Shown here piece after piece: positions 48,801 to 61,199 of a stretch of 64,000 nt of DNA. The stretch is from Tubulanus polymorphus (Eukaryota; Animalia; Nemertea), in NCBI RefSeq assembly GCF_964204645.1, contig NC_134030.1, positions 21,846,210-21,910,209 on the forward strand, in the 5' to 3' direction. The notes under the pieces are model-generated. The model saw only the letters and a program-made list of their open reading frames with translations. It had not been told where the DNA came from and did not search any database. Position numbers and translations under genes: made by a program. Positions within the stretch are counted from its first letter, which is position 1, and every line of letters starts with the position of its first letter.

Positions 48801-51800
48801 TTGTCCTTCAGACCAGTGCTGCCCTCTAACGTATGAGATGTAACTATTCCGTTATTTGTATTGTAGAAGAGATTGTGAATGAGGTAAAACACGCACATTT
48901 TCAAACTCGCGAATTTAAAAGTAAGTTTCCAATAAAATCAGAACCTGTTTTAACAACACGAACTCAAATATTAATATCTGTATGTATTGTATTATTATTT
49001 ATAGAATCAGTTGAGACTGCAGTGAATGAAGCTATCGAGAATTCAGGTAATTAAATATTCTTCATAAGTTCGCATTCTGTGTTTGAATTGAGTTCAGTTT
49101 GGCTGAAGGTGCTTCTTTAAATGTATAAACTTATATCTTACAGAAAAATCACAATACGGCAAAAAACCAAACTATGAAGCTGCAGGTTTGTAAAACTCTA
49201 ATTTCTGTAAATGAATTTGACCTGATGTGGTTGCTGCCCTGGACCGAATTTCATAGATTGGGGGGGGGGGGCAAAATATTCCCCTGGACCCAGTTTTATA
49301 GACTGGTATTATCTTTAACCCGGGAGTTAACTTAATTGAAATTGAATCAAGTTAGCCTCCAGGTTAAAGATAATACCAGTCTATAAAACCGACCCCTTGG
49401 CCCTGGAAACCTTTTGAAAATTGTCAGTAGTTAACATAGTTTCTCAATGTTGCTATGGTGGTTGTCAGCCTGTTGAGGATTTTCCCCAAGAGGATCATTC
49501 ATTTATTACGTATGCAAAAAATTCAGAAAAAGCCTCGAGTAAGCTGATAATAGTTAGATCGAGTCTATTATGTAGAAAAAGAGTGGATGAAAATGTAGTC
49601 ACGTGATGAAATCTATTCGGAGCAGAATTGAATTTAAAAAGTCATTAAAGTGCGCACAATACGCATTATTATTTACCCCTCCCCCTTTTGTACACAATTG
49701 TATGCTGTATATTTAATAAGACCCCTTTGTACAATTTGATTTTTGAGTTTAACCCCCTCCCTACCCAAAATGCGTACCTAATAAATGGGTGACCCCTTAA
49801 AAGGTAACTTTGAAGCCGCCCTATGAAACTAGGCCCATGATGATGATGACCACAAAGATGAGATAATTTTCAGTTGCTTTCCATTCAGAATTTTATTCTA
49901 TTATTTCAGTGAAATGGATAGTTGATGAAATGAAAGGTAAATTGACCAGTAATAATACTAAATTTGGTGAAAGGAGGTCTCTGTAACCAGGAAGATTATG
50001 TAATATTCTGTTCATATATCTTATTATTATTTCAGAGAAATGGATAGCTGTTGAAATTAGGAGAGGTAAATTGACTGATAATAAATACTCAGTTTCATAA
50101 TGAGTTTGTGTTGATGTTTACAAAAGAATTCTAATTTCAGGTTTCACGGTTAAACCATCTGAAACATCATATGGTATGTAATATAATTGTTATATACAGT
50201 TGATTATAACGGTCGCTGTCATCGTTTTTGTCACTGTCACTGTTCACTCAACACGAACATTTTTCAGAGAACAAATTTGTAAAATCAAACTCAAATTCAA
50301 TGAAAATACCATTTATAAATCGCCAAAATCATTATGAAGTCATATTTTTCATTGGTCCCCATAGTGGCTTGACTATATTTATACATGTATCTTGTGTGGA
50401 TGCCTCATCAGTCAGTCAACTGGGCGGGAAATTGAGTAACAATTCACTAAATATCCTGATGTTTTTTTCAGAACGTAATGAATTTGCTGAACGTGCACGA
50501 GAAAAAGGTAATGAATAAATTATGAGTGTTAAAATTGATGTTATCGATTTTGATAATGTTTTATAATGTTAAACGTAATTTAATTTCTATTTCAGTAATT
50601 AAAAAATCAAGAAATTTGATGGATGAGATACGTGCTATAACAGATAAAAGTAATCAATATTTACTTCTATAAACATTTTACTGACTAATATTTCCATATT
50701 CATGAATTCATGTTTCCACATTTATATATAACGTGTCATATGGTCCCCAAACCGGGAAATCAGGAATTTCAGAATATTCTTTAAATTCATTTCGCGCTTC
50801 AACTTTCTTCGGCAATCTTTCCTGAAAATCATCAACCAATCACCAGTAAAATGACGTCACTGTAGTGTGTGATGTTATCTGCTTAATTTCCATCTGAAAT
50901 GAAAAATCACCCATGAAATACTCGGGTTTATTGACTTCATGTAATTGTGAGAACTATCCATAAATTCTGTTTTGAGTTCGATCACAAACTTGTTTGGTCT
51001 TTACTTCTTTACATTTGAAGTAGATCTGATGTTATATGTGAATGATATTGCTGTTTATAGTTTGGATGCATCAGTTTTTCAAGAATATTTCTTTTCATTT
51101 TCAGAAAAATTTTAAAAAAGCCTGGTTTCCTGGTATAGTTCATACAAAATTTTCATTTTTTTCAGAAATATTTTATTTTATTTTCAGAAAAATTAAAAGA
51201 TCTCGGTTTCCTGGTAGATGATTCGAGTAAGTAAATTATACAGTCATCACTTTAGGATTTAAACCATAATCAAATCACAATTAAGTTTGGGATGAAATTA
51301 AGTTTCGTGTTCGTTGATGAGAATCTGATGTATGATTAAACCGGTTTAATCTGGATTACTGGCGGGACACCGGGATGAAATTCATGTAGTTTGAGAAATC
51401 CAGATTTAAAATCGTATTCCATGAGATACTAGTTGATAATTAAATAAAGATTAGTAACCGAATCGAATCTGGATTAAACTGATCTCTTTCCCGCATGGCA
51501 TTCATCGATCTACCGATCTATGTTTTCGGTAGATCATTAAACGTCAGTTCATTCCTTTGTCGGAGATCTCATAAATATGTATGTGGTGTAAGGAACACTT
51601 TGGACTTAATAGAACACCCAGAAAAAATCAAAGCTAATTCTAACTGAATCAGGGGTGGAAATAGTTGAGGTATTATTAACCATTGTCACTGTTAACAGTA
51701 AAGCCGTAATTAGTTGAATTTTCAAGTGGTTGTTCATTTTATGAAACAGACTGTAGCGGGTGATATATAGTTGTATAAAAACAGTTACAAGCTGAACACA

Positions 51801-52153
51801 TCTAAAACAGAGTAAACTCTAGGGGCCACTGATAAAGTATTGTGAATATAAGTTAAAGTTGACGGGTATCTACATTTAGGGAGTGTGCAGTTGTATTTGG
51901 TGTTTGGTTTATATTGTACATTTTGTATATTTTTATAGAAGTTACTCATACAAGTAATGAAACTGCTGGTGATCGTAGATCAAGTATTGACCAGACATCG
52001 AGTAGTGGCGTTGGGCCACCTGGTGGTGATATAGTGAAATATGAAAATGAACCTAAAAGTGGCTGTAGTCAAAGTGCTGCTGATGATAGTCACACAAGTG
52101 ATACCGTACCGAGTGGTGATCGTGAGCGGGGTGATGGTAGTACAGTAGTCTAG
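29762..52153 (+). CDS. Micro-exon chain (copy 1), ~60 exons, ~1,100 aa, ending ...GDGSTVV*; probable continuation of receptor C1
   Basis: Phase-1 exons: 29762-29836, 29917-29958, (30315-30362 possible), 30814-30855, 30993-31067, 31374-31421, 31694-31723, 31804-31854, 31940-32002, 32306-32389, 32685-32732, 32815-32853, 33063-33080, 33165-33212, 33305-33358, 33466-33513, 33734-33802, 34338-34367, 34617-34655, 34804-34959, 35160-35195, 35279-35296, 35421-35468, 35871-35936, 36061-36108, 36603-36686, 36882-36926, 37011-37061, 37725-37760, 38022-38039, 38250-38300, 39855-39944, 40026-40103, 40193-40240, 40519-40572, 41234-41269, 41503-41520, 41840-41896, 41981-42109, 42277-42324, 42901-42984, 43184-43228, 43313-43363, 43708-43743, 43994-44011, 44225-44275, 44499-44588, 44670-44747, 44839-44886, 45085-45138, 45395-45442, 48867-48920, 49005-49046, 49144-49185, 49910-49936, 50036-50065, 50141-50173, 50472-50507, 50596-50649, 51188-51226, terminal 51939-52153. 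Exons from 35160 onward have paralog support; earlier ones rest on splice signals and frame only. Confidence 0.82.
31133..31245. mobile_element. Short palindromic MITE; second family member at 49285-49397
   Basis: atagactggtattaactttaa / ttaaagataataccagtctat inverted arms at two non-paralogous sites. Confidence 0.75.
37176..37572. mobile_element. MITE with 21-bp TIRs, 5-bp TSD and an internal tRNA-like segment
   Basis: aacgcagtggctactcgtacg / cgtacgagtagccacagcgtt; flanks cgcat/ctcat; empty site tttctcataaac at ~43501 in the sister cassette; A/B boxes at 37327-37379. Confidence 0.85.
38350..39757. repeat. 27-bp minisatellite (gagtaagggtgaaggtcgactggtact)n, ~52 copies, intronic
   Basis: Directly visible; ~3 units at 44323-44403 and ~1 at 7840-7866 in paralogous introns. 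Confidence 0.97.
45480..48800. mobile_element. ~3.3-kb composite insertion (probable LINE and MITE fragments) in an intron
   Basis: The paralogous intron 11082-11168 is only 87 nt. The insertion has a LINE-tail-like end at ~45570, a decayed minus-strand coiled-coil frame (IETLLQEILQKISILPEVNEKVDRMTTSL) and short repeat arrays at 47470-47920. Confidence 0.6.
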
Positions 52154-53225
52154 TTCCAAGCCGTCGTTCCCCAAAAGGTTTGATTCGACACTAAAATCAG
52201 TTGTCGGATTGCAAGAAACAGGAGTTAACCTCTAATGGACAGTTTATCATCAAACGTTGTAGGGAACCCGTAACAACGACTGGTATTCAGACTAGTACAC
52301 AGGATTATAACCGCCAGTCTCTAGTGGTGGCAGGGTCTGGGTGGAACTGGGTGTAACTCACAACTGTGGAACTGTGTTTTGTATCACGCTATGATTAAGG
52401 ATGTTTGTTAATCTCTTTTTGGGCTTGAATCATTTGAGATTTTATACGAAAAGAAAACGAAAAAGATATGAACACAGTTTCTAATAAAATCTTTATCTTT
52501 GTTATTTGGTTGTATGTAATTTCTGCGCTATTTAATTACTGTAGATCATTGTTTGATTATTGCTGAAACAATTTGTTGTAATTACATTAGTTAATCAAAT
52601 AAATATGTTTTGCTTTTACTAAAATATACAGTGTAACTGAAGTAGATGAAATACAGTGTAACTGATTCATAGTGTAGCTGAAATACAGTGTAACTGAATG
52701 AATGTAGTATTGTATTGTACCGTAGTTGTAACTATATCCAGCAAAAATAAATTGTAAACGAAATTGCTTTTTGCTAAATCATCAGCGGTTGTTCTTGGGG
52801 AATATTAGGCCTACATTGTAGTCCAACTTACGCTGTATAACTGTATTATGATACAATGTAACAATGTAACTGGTTAACTGTTTTACTATATATAAAATAT
52901 GTTTTAAGTTAAAAACTGTAAAAATGCATCACTGATTGATTTGATAAGTTACTGATTCCATAAATTACTGCATTAATGATCGATTTCATTGATCATTGGA
53001 AAACTGTGATAAGTTTTATTTCATTTAATTGAAAAAAATTTTGTAAAAACGTGACATTTTATGAAACCATTGATGCGGTTTATAAGATCAGCTACACGCG
53101 GACTCCTGGTAAAACTTCGTGCTGTATTTTTGCTAGAAATTGCTAACGATGTAACGTGCTAATTTCATTCGCTTAAATAAAAGAATTTATCTTTATAAAT
53201 AAATTCATTTATTTCTTTTTTATCA

Positions 53226-53388
53226 ACTGCAGCCGGAGTAGAACCGACCCCGGGTCGGATGAGGTTGACTCTTGGTCATGTCCAATCTTACCAATAGCTT
53301 CCCGTTAACCCCAACTCTAGCCGAATAGGACTCGAACCTAAAATCTTCAGCGTGCCAGCCGAGCACACTAACCACTAGACCATACACC
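53226..53388 (-). mobile_element. tRNA-derived SINE (paralog of 15695-15860)
   Basis: A box TGGTCTAGTGG, B box GGTTCGAGTCC on the minus strand. Confidence 0.75.
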
Positions 53389-54779
53389 AGTAGTTTGTAA
53401 GTGCGTGTCTGGTCAGGTGTGGTGAACATTTATCTGTGGTGACTATCAGTCGGGTGTGTGGTGACTGGTGACCATTCAGGTGCGGTGACTCTCGAGTCAG
53501 ATGTGGAGACACTATTCACTAACAATGCTCGCTCTATCATTCTGTGTTACAGTTACAGCAGTTTCAATGTAATTGTCAGGAAGTTCTAAGGAAGTCTCTC
53601 TTTTTCCATAGATGAAGTAGTCAAAATTACACCTTGTATCCATCTCTGAGACTTCTGCCTTCCCGACGTCGTGAATGTATTTGACAATCTCTCGGAATTG
53701 ATATCTTTTATTGTATTTCATTAAGATTTTCTAATTGATATCTAAAAGTTTGATAATTTTTTATTATTCAGTTTCTAAAAATGTATACCTTATTTTGAGT
53801 GGAATGGATTGATTTTAGTAGAGACCCGCAGTTTATGGAGCGTCGATGGATTATAAAAGTAATGGTTCATTGACTCCAATAGGTGTAAAATGCGATACAT
53901 TGTTAAACCATTCTTGTCGTACGTGGCGTTGACCTCTTTTACCCGACTGGTATTTCTTCACACCCTAAAGGTGCTCGCGCATGTCACCCGTTATATCAAA
54001 CGAGTACCGATACCTCTTGTGAAAAAATCATGAAATTCAACGAAAAGCTTAAGATGTAATTGATTAAAGGTGAGTTTGTTGAAGTATTTAACTCCACTCC
54101 AGTCGGATCTGTTCAACTCGGAGATAACCGTTCAACTCAGAGATAACCGTTCAACTCTGAGATAACCGTTCAACTCGGAGATAACCGATCAACTCGGAGA
54201 TAACCGATCAACTCGGAGATAACCGTTCAACTCAGAGATAACCGATTAATCAGAGATAACCGTTCAACTCGGATGTTGAAATATGTTTTTACGGCAGTAT
54301 TTAAGAAATACATATCATCCAACTCGGATATCCCTCATCAAGTCGGACACGTTTTTGCGGTTCCAAAAGATCCGACTTGAGCGGAGTCTACTGTATTCAA
54401 GAATAAGAGTCAAACTTATATACTAGGCCTATATGCCACAATTTCATTATTCAATTTTCTGACCTAAATTCTAAAATTCTAGTGAAACTTTCGACGATTT
54501 TGAAATATTTTCTGAAAGCGGTGAAAACTATGCATTTTGTACAAAAATAAATTTACAAAGCAGTCACTATTTGTGCCCCTGGACTTTGGACCCCGGGGCT
54601 GATATGTAGGTCATACGATTATTGAAGGACGACCAGTGATTTTAACACCTTTCGCTTCCTGCTCAACGCTCGAATATATTGAATGTATCACCGGCGCTGA
54701 TCATCAAAATCTTATCTTTAACTTCCTCAATTATCAGACGAAAGTGGAACTCGATTTTTATTCTGTACTCTGTATCACA

Positions 54780-57700
54780 ATGATGAACACACGTTTATTC
54801 GTAATAATCTACATAGTTTTATTACAACTTGGAAACTTAAACAGCGCAGAAACATCTGGAAATAAGACGCATAATTCAAGTAAGTCACTCGAACCAATGA
54901 TAGCTTTTCTGTTGTGTCGATTTCATAGATTTCTGTCGATGAGAATTCAACAATTCAAGGTGTTTGAGACTCCCGTACATAGGTCTAGCTATACTAACGG
55001 GATCTATAAAGGGCCTGTCATGTAAATAAATTACAAAGAAGATGCTGCAGGCCCGTATGCTGCCTTTCTTTGTTGTGGGCAGTTCTCGAGTACTGTATAT
55101 AGGAGGGGGGATTTTTTGTGGGGATTCCCCAAGAAAACTTTGATCATTTAAAGCCATCAGTTTGAATTCATTACTGGGTAATTTATGTATAGCTGTAAAC
55201 AAACGACTGTGTAGGACGATACGTGATGGGAAATGTAGTCTAAAAATTCGGAACTAGAGATTTTGCTGGGGGGGGGAGGGGGTCACGTGGTGGAAAAAGG
55301 ACCTAAATAGATTATTCGAAGTTTGTGCGTTTTACTGTTTCATAGACTATTCATATTTATTTATTCGTTTCAGTGATTTATCCAAAACCTGTTCCCGATG
55401 GAAAACCCGATATTAAAACACAAGGACAATCGATTGAATATATTTGTAGAACTAGTGTTAAATATCCTACAGTTATATTCCAAAAGAAGAGAAGAGATTC
55501 AGAACAATGGGAAACAATTCCAGACGAACTGATTCGTATAACTAGAAATGTGAAACATATTACTTCTGCTTCACTAGAATTCAAAGCAGATTTCAAACTG
55601 CACAATGGAACAACATTTAGATGTCTCGTTCTTAAGGAAGGCCAAACAGATTTTGATTATCTTCAGTTTGATCTAATCGTAGTTCATCGAACTGGTAAGT
55701 AACAGTTTTAAAATGTGAACCTTCCCAGTCTGGAATCCTGCTACTAAATAAACATCGAATCTATCAAAACAAATTAATATTGAAACACAGCGTCTCTGTT
55801 ACTTTTAAATTACTTCGCAGTCGATTGCATGAATTTATAGTTTAGCAGCTACGTATCAAAAGTGCGTTTATTGTAGCGTATGACATGTACATTTTAATGT
55901 ATTCTGGAATTTATAGAAATAATTCTCAAATTGACGGCCATACGACTCAGCGTGAAATTCATATTTCTGTTTAACGGATGAATATAGCCGACAGTTTAAT
56001 TTGTTGTAGCTTCCTCTTTCATATACCCGTCATTTGTTCATCCATTTCTATCTCCGCACAAACATATCTTCTTGTGTCAACTACTTATTTCAAGGTCGCT
56101 TGATGAGTTGTTGATTTTAGATTATGTTTATTTGATATCTGAAAACCTGAATTTCTTCATTTAAAAAGTAAAAAATTGTCGCCCGCGTCGGAATTTGGAA
56201 TTGGGAATGAGGCTTTTTATTTATGTCTTTTTATTTCAAAGGGGATGTAAAAATAATAAGTATCGGCCGTTCTTGTCACTTTCCCAAAAAGGGGTCGATG
56301 AGAAACAACCATATTTATTTGCGTGGTCTTAATGCACGCGTCAGTAAACTAACCAAACACAACCCAACCACAAACAGTCTAAGTTACTTTCTACAGGTAA
56401 TTGTTTTTCTCATTTCAGATTTGAATCAAATCCCGGCGACTCAAATCAGTAAATCAGGGTCAGTATTTCACTTAGCGCACTACATAAATCATATTCTATA
56501 TGTAAATCATTTCTTTGTGGTCGATGTTTGTTTTGTGAAATAATTTTGAATTGATATCTCACTCATCTCATTGGCTTCTGATTAACAGTTCACCTATCAT
56601 TATTCTCATTATTTTCACATTTTGCCACAAAAGGTAACAGTAAGGGCAATTGCAAAATATGTGACCTCGATATCGCTACCACGAGCCCTGCCTTTTCACA
56701 TCTGGGCCCAGTTGCACAGTCATGGCTTAAGTCCAAAAGTGGTCTTAAATCTCATGACTGTTCTTAAGTTATTAGATTGATTTTAGAACTAAGTTGGTCT
56801 TAGACTGGTCTTAAGTCTGAGCAATGACTTTGCAACTGGCCTCTGTTCTGCTGATTTATCTTAATTGTAAATTTCGTCCTTTTCATTCAGAGTTCGTCTG
56901 CTTACTGCTGAAAATGTGGCCTCGAAAAACAAGGTCATTATAAATTTAAGTAATAATCAAACTAACTTGTCAAATATAGTCCCCGGATCCCAGACACAGA
57001 GTCGAATTAAACCCACTGAACTGTGAACCTTGATTTAGGATATAAAAGCGAATTGAATTTTGTAATATAAACTGAATGATTAATTGATTGATATTTGCAG
57101 CTTGTGTTGAGGTTTGATTCCATTCTGTTGGTTTCTAGTTTATACCCGCGAATTGTCATCCGGTATATTCTACATCCTTCGAGTTTTCCTTTTTTTCTTT
57201 CTCTTACTAAATCGGTATACAGACTGGACCGGACCACAAACCTGACTGGACCATGATGATAATCTACATCGCTTGTGGAGCTATCGGTTTCCTCCTCGTC
57301 ATCGTTACCATCGTTGTCATCGTCATTTGTAGGTATGTACTCGTTAATCTCTGGCAGATTTCATATCTAAGATAATGCCCCTATGACGTCATATTAATAC
57401 GTGAAATAATTTGATAAATCAGTGACGTTTTCGAAAAAAAGATGTCTTCATTCGTAAATTTGTATCTACCTCTGCGCCGATTACTGGCTGAGTCAATCCC
57501 AAATCAGCAGGAATAATTCAATATAATGACCGAAATATCCGAAATCTAAAATCTCTTCACCGCTTAAATTACCCATGTTTCAGACGCAGGCTATTGCCGG
57601 GTGAAGGTCGTGTGGAGGTTGCGACACCGCAGGTACTCGACGTCTATGACGAGTTGTATGATGACATAGATTCTGTTACTGTGACTGACAAACTGCACAC

Positions 57701-58094
57701 CAGCGATCAGAAAGTTACTACAGATCCGTACGTGAATATCGAGGCCGGGAACGACAAAGACACAACTCCGTACATGGATATGGCAGCCGCGAAGGGTAAA
57801 GATACAACTTCATATATAGATATGGAAGCCGGGAAGGGCAAAGACACAACTCCTTATATGGATATGGGACCCGGGATAGAAGAGGATACGTACAGGAGTA
57901 CGGAAACCGGGAAGGACAAACACACAACTCCTTACACGAATACCGGAGCCGAGAAGCGCAAAGATAGACATAGTTACGTGAATACCGAAGCCGGAAAGGC
58001 GCGCCATTTGAAGAAAGATACTGATGAACCCGTGAAAGATGATGTTGAACTTTATTCTTACGCTACTGTTCAATATACTCGCAATAGGCGTTAG
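54780..58094 (+). CDS. Receptor B2 (paralog of B1)
   Basis: Exons 54780-54879, 55374-55694, 56419-56458, 56891-56933, 57223-57332, 57584-58094; same lengths and phases as B1, ORF intact. Confidence 0.9.
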
Positions 58095-58249
58095 AGGGCG
58101 CCATTGAGCAAACGACTACTGATTATACATATGCAAAACATAAGGCTAGAAACAATTGATTATTTTTCATAATCTGCTGAGCTCAAAAGTAGAATCAGCT
58201 GCATGCATACATTATTCATTTCTAAAGAATAACAGACCCGACAGTTTTA

Positions 58250-60250
58250 GTAATGAACTGACTACATATCTTATTCTAGTTCACAAAAATGTTCGGGTCG
58301 ACTAGGAGAAACAATTAGGTATGATTCACTAGCCTAAGTTTTAAGTTTTTGATATACACGGCATTTGTAGATTAGACTAAGAAACATCAAGCCACTTCAA
58401 CAATCATTCAAATTCCACTTTTAGCAAAATCCACATGGAGAATGCTTCAGTTTACAGGGCAGTATATATTTTATGATATTCAGCTTCCAATGGCCTATAG
58501 TTCGTAGACTCTTATGAGGAGTTTTAAGTGCCAAATTGACTTGTCAATCATCTTCAGGGGCGGATCCAAGTAAGGCCGAAGCCGCCTCCCCTTATCTCTT
58601 TTGCCAAGAAAATATTTTCACAACCCGGATTAGGAATGTAACAAATATAGTAGAAAGTCTTTGTCATTCATTTTGTACTTGATTTACTCTAGATGCCCCC
58701 AGAAAATGATCCAATCCTGATTCCCCTAAAAAGATATATAAAATATGGTATAAAATCCGTCAGTCTTATTCTTTTCTTGATGATTTATTTTCTTATTTCC
58801 TCTTTTACTACTTCGGTCAAACAAGATACATTACACGATGGTAAAAGCTTTCCTAAAATAGATGTGTTTTAAGATTTCATTTAGAAGTATCGACGGATGA
58901 GGATTCCGGGATACTGGACGGTCAAACATTCCACATTGTTGGGACAGTGAACTTCAAAGCTCTGTTGCCAAATGACCTTCTTGGAGACAGGTTTGACTAG
59001 AGGTGTTATCATTTATATCCACTCATATTCTATTCATCCATCATTAGATCATTCTAATGATCTTAACATTTTTATCAATATGTTCATTTCAGTTACTTTC
59101 ACTTTGTCTCACATTAAACCCATGTTTTAGTCTCTGGTTTGCTGTTACACATTTTTTCATTTAATCAGACGGTTCACAGATCATTTTGTGCCTCGATAAG
59201 TACAAACCAATCATTAGATATATATCATAAGTTTTAGAAATGAACTGACTACATATCTTATTGCAGTTTACAAAAATGCCCCGGCCAACTAGGAGAAACA
59301 ATTAGATATGATTTATTAGCCTAGTTTCTAAGTTTTTGATATGTACCAGTAGTGTATTTGATGATCAAACTAAGGAACATCAATTCACTTCGACAATCAA
59401 ATTCCACTTTTAGCAAATGAAGATTAAGTGAAATTGCGATGTCAAATGCTTCAGTTTACAGGACAGTATTCAAACTGTGAAAGTATAAATTCATGATATT
59501 CAGCTACCGATGGCCTTTAAATCGTAGACTGTTATGAGGACTTAAGTTTTTTAAGTGGCAAATTGACATGTCAAAATCATCTTCAGGGGCGTATCCAAGT
59601 AAGGCCGAAGCCGCCGCCTCCCCTTATCTGTTTTGCCAAGAAAATATTCTCACAACCCGGATTAGGAATGTAACAAATATAGTAGAAAGTCTTTGTCATT
59701 CATTTTGTACTTGATTTACTCTAGATGCCCCCAGAAAATGATCCATTCCTGATTCCCCTAAAAAGATATATAAAATATGGTATAAAATCCGTCAGTCTTA
59801 TTCTTTTCTTGATGATTTCTTTTCTTTTTTCCTCTTTTACTACTTCGGTCAAACAAGATACATTACACGATGGTAAAAGCTTTCCTAAAATAGATGTGTT
59901 TTAAGATTTCATTCAGAAGTATCGACGGATGAGGATTCCGGAATACTGGACGGTCAAACATTCCACATTGTTGGGACAGTGAACTTCAAAGCTCTATTGC
60001 CAAATGACCTTCTTGGAGACAGGTTTGACTAGAGGTGTTATCATTTATATCGACTCATATTCTATTCATCCATTATTAGATCAAGCACATTCTAATGATC
60101 TTAACATTTTTATCAATATGTTCATTTCAGTTACTTTCACTTTGTCTCGTATGAAACAGAAATAAATTGCTTTAGCCTCAGGTTTCATATGACACATTTT
60201 TTCATTTGATCAGAAGGTTCACAGATCACTTTGTGCATCGATATTTACCA
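58250..60250. repeat. ~1-kb local tandem duplication downstream of B2 (58250-59200 / 59235-60250)
   Basis: aatgaactgactacatatcttatt and caggggcg(g/t)atccaagtaaggccgaag recur about 1 kb apart; single truncated copy after B1. Confidence 0.85.
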
Positions 60251-60929
60251 ACCAATCATTTTGTGCCTCGATATTTACCAACCAATCATTTTGTGTCTCG
60301 ATGAATACCAAGCAATGACTTCGTGCCTCGATATGTAGATGAACCGACCGATGTGTTTTACCAGGTGTTATCATTATATTGACTCATATTCTATTCATGC
60401 ACAGCGTTTATCGTTGACTCAATACATTTTCATAGTTCCATTATTCACCCTCTAAGGATTATATTTAAGTGGATACTTCCATTTTTCCACATATTTTCTT
60501 CGGGCTGATAGAACATCTTATGTGAAGTTAACAATTGATCGTTCAGATTGTTTGACTTTTCAAATGCATCAGAATCGAGGATTAGTTGCTTTGTTTATGG
60601 ATATTTAGAGTAGTTTCACTTTGTTTTTATTTCATTAAGGTAAAAATCATTTCCTCATTAAACTCTTCTCACATCTGGGTTTCGTTTCATGAAAAGTTTT
60701 AAGCTTTAGACAGTTAAATATGAATTGTTGTCCTCATTACAAACTTGAAGTAACCAATCATAGCAGCTGAACTTGAGAGATTCAAGTTATTTTTACTCTG
60801 TTTTGTAATATTGGACCCTGAGCGAGACTCCTGGTTTTGATGTACACATGTCTTGTGCACATGTCTTGTATGCAGTGACTATCCATCACTTGGACGTTAC
60901 CAAAAATACGAATGAAATTGAAATGCTGG

Positions 60930-61110
60930 TCGAATTAATACTAGGAATAGTTCGTTAACTCATTCGTCTCCTAGGAATCGAATTGACGTTTCGTCTTCGT
61001 AGTTCTCAACTTCCGCGACGATTCTAAAATGAGAACTACTAAACCGAAACGTAATTTCGATTCCTAGGTAGTTAAAGAAATACGATCTTATTCCTAGAAT
61101 TAATCCGGCT
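60930..61110. mobile_element. Foldback palindromic element
   Basis: cctaggaatcgaattgacgtttcg...gtagttctca / tgagaactac...cgaaacgtaatttcgattcctagg nested inverted arms. Confidence 0.65.
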
Positions 61111-61199
61111 ATCATATCGCAAACCCCTAATCAGTCGCTTGCCGGCTCTGTCAAGACTGAAGATCCTTTCAGAATCGAATCAATTATACAGAGATAAGA

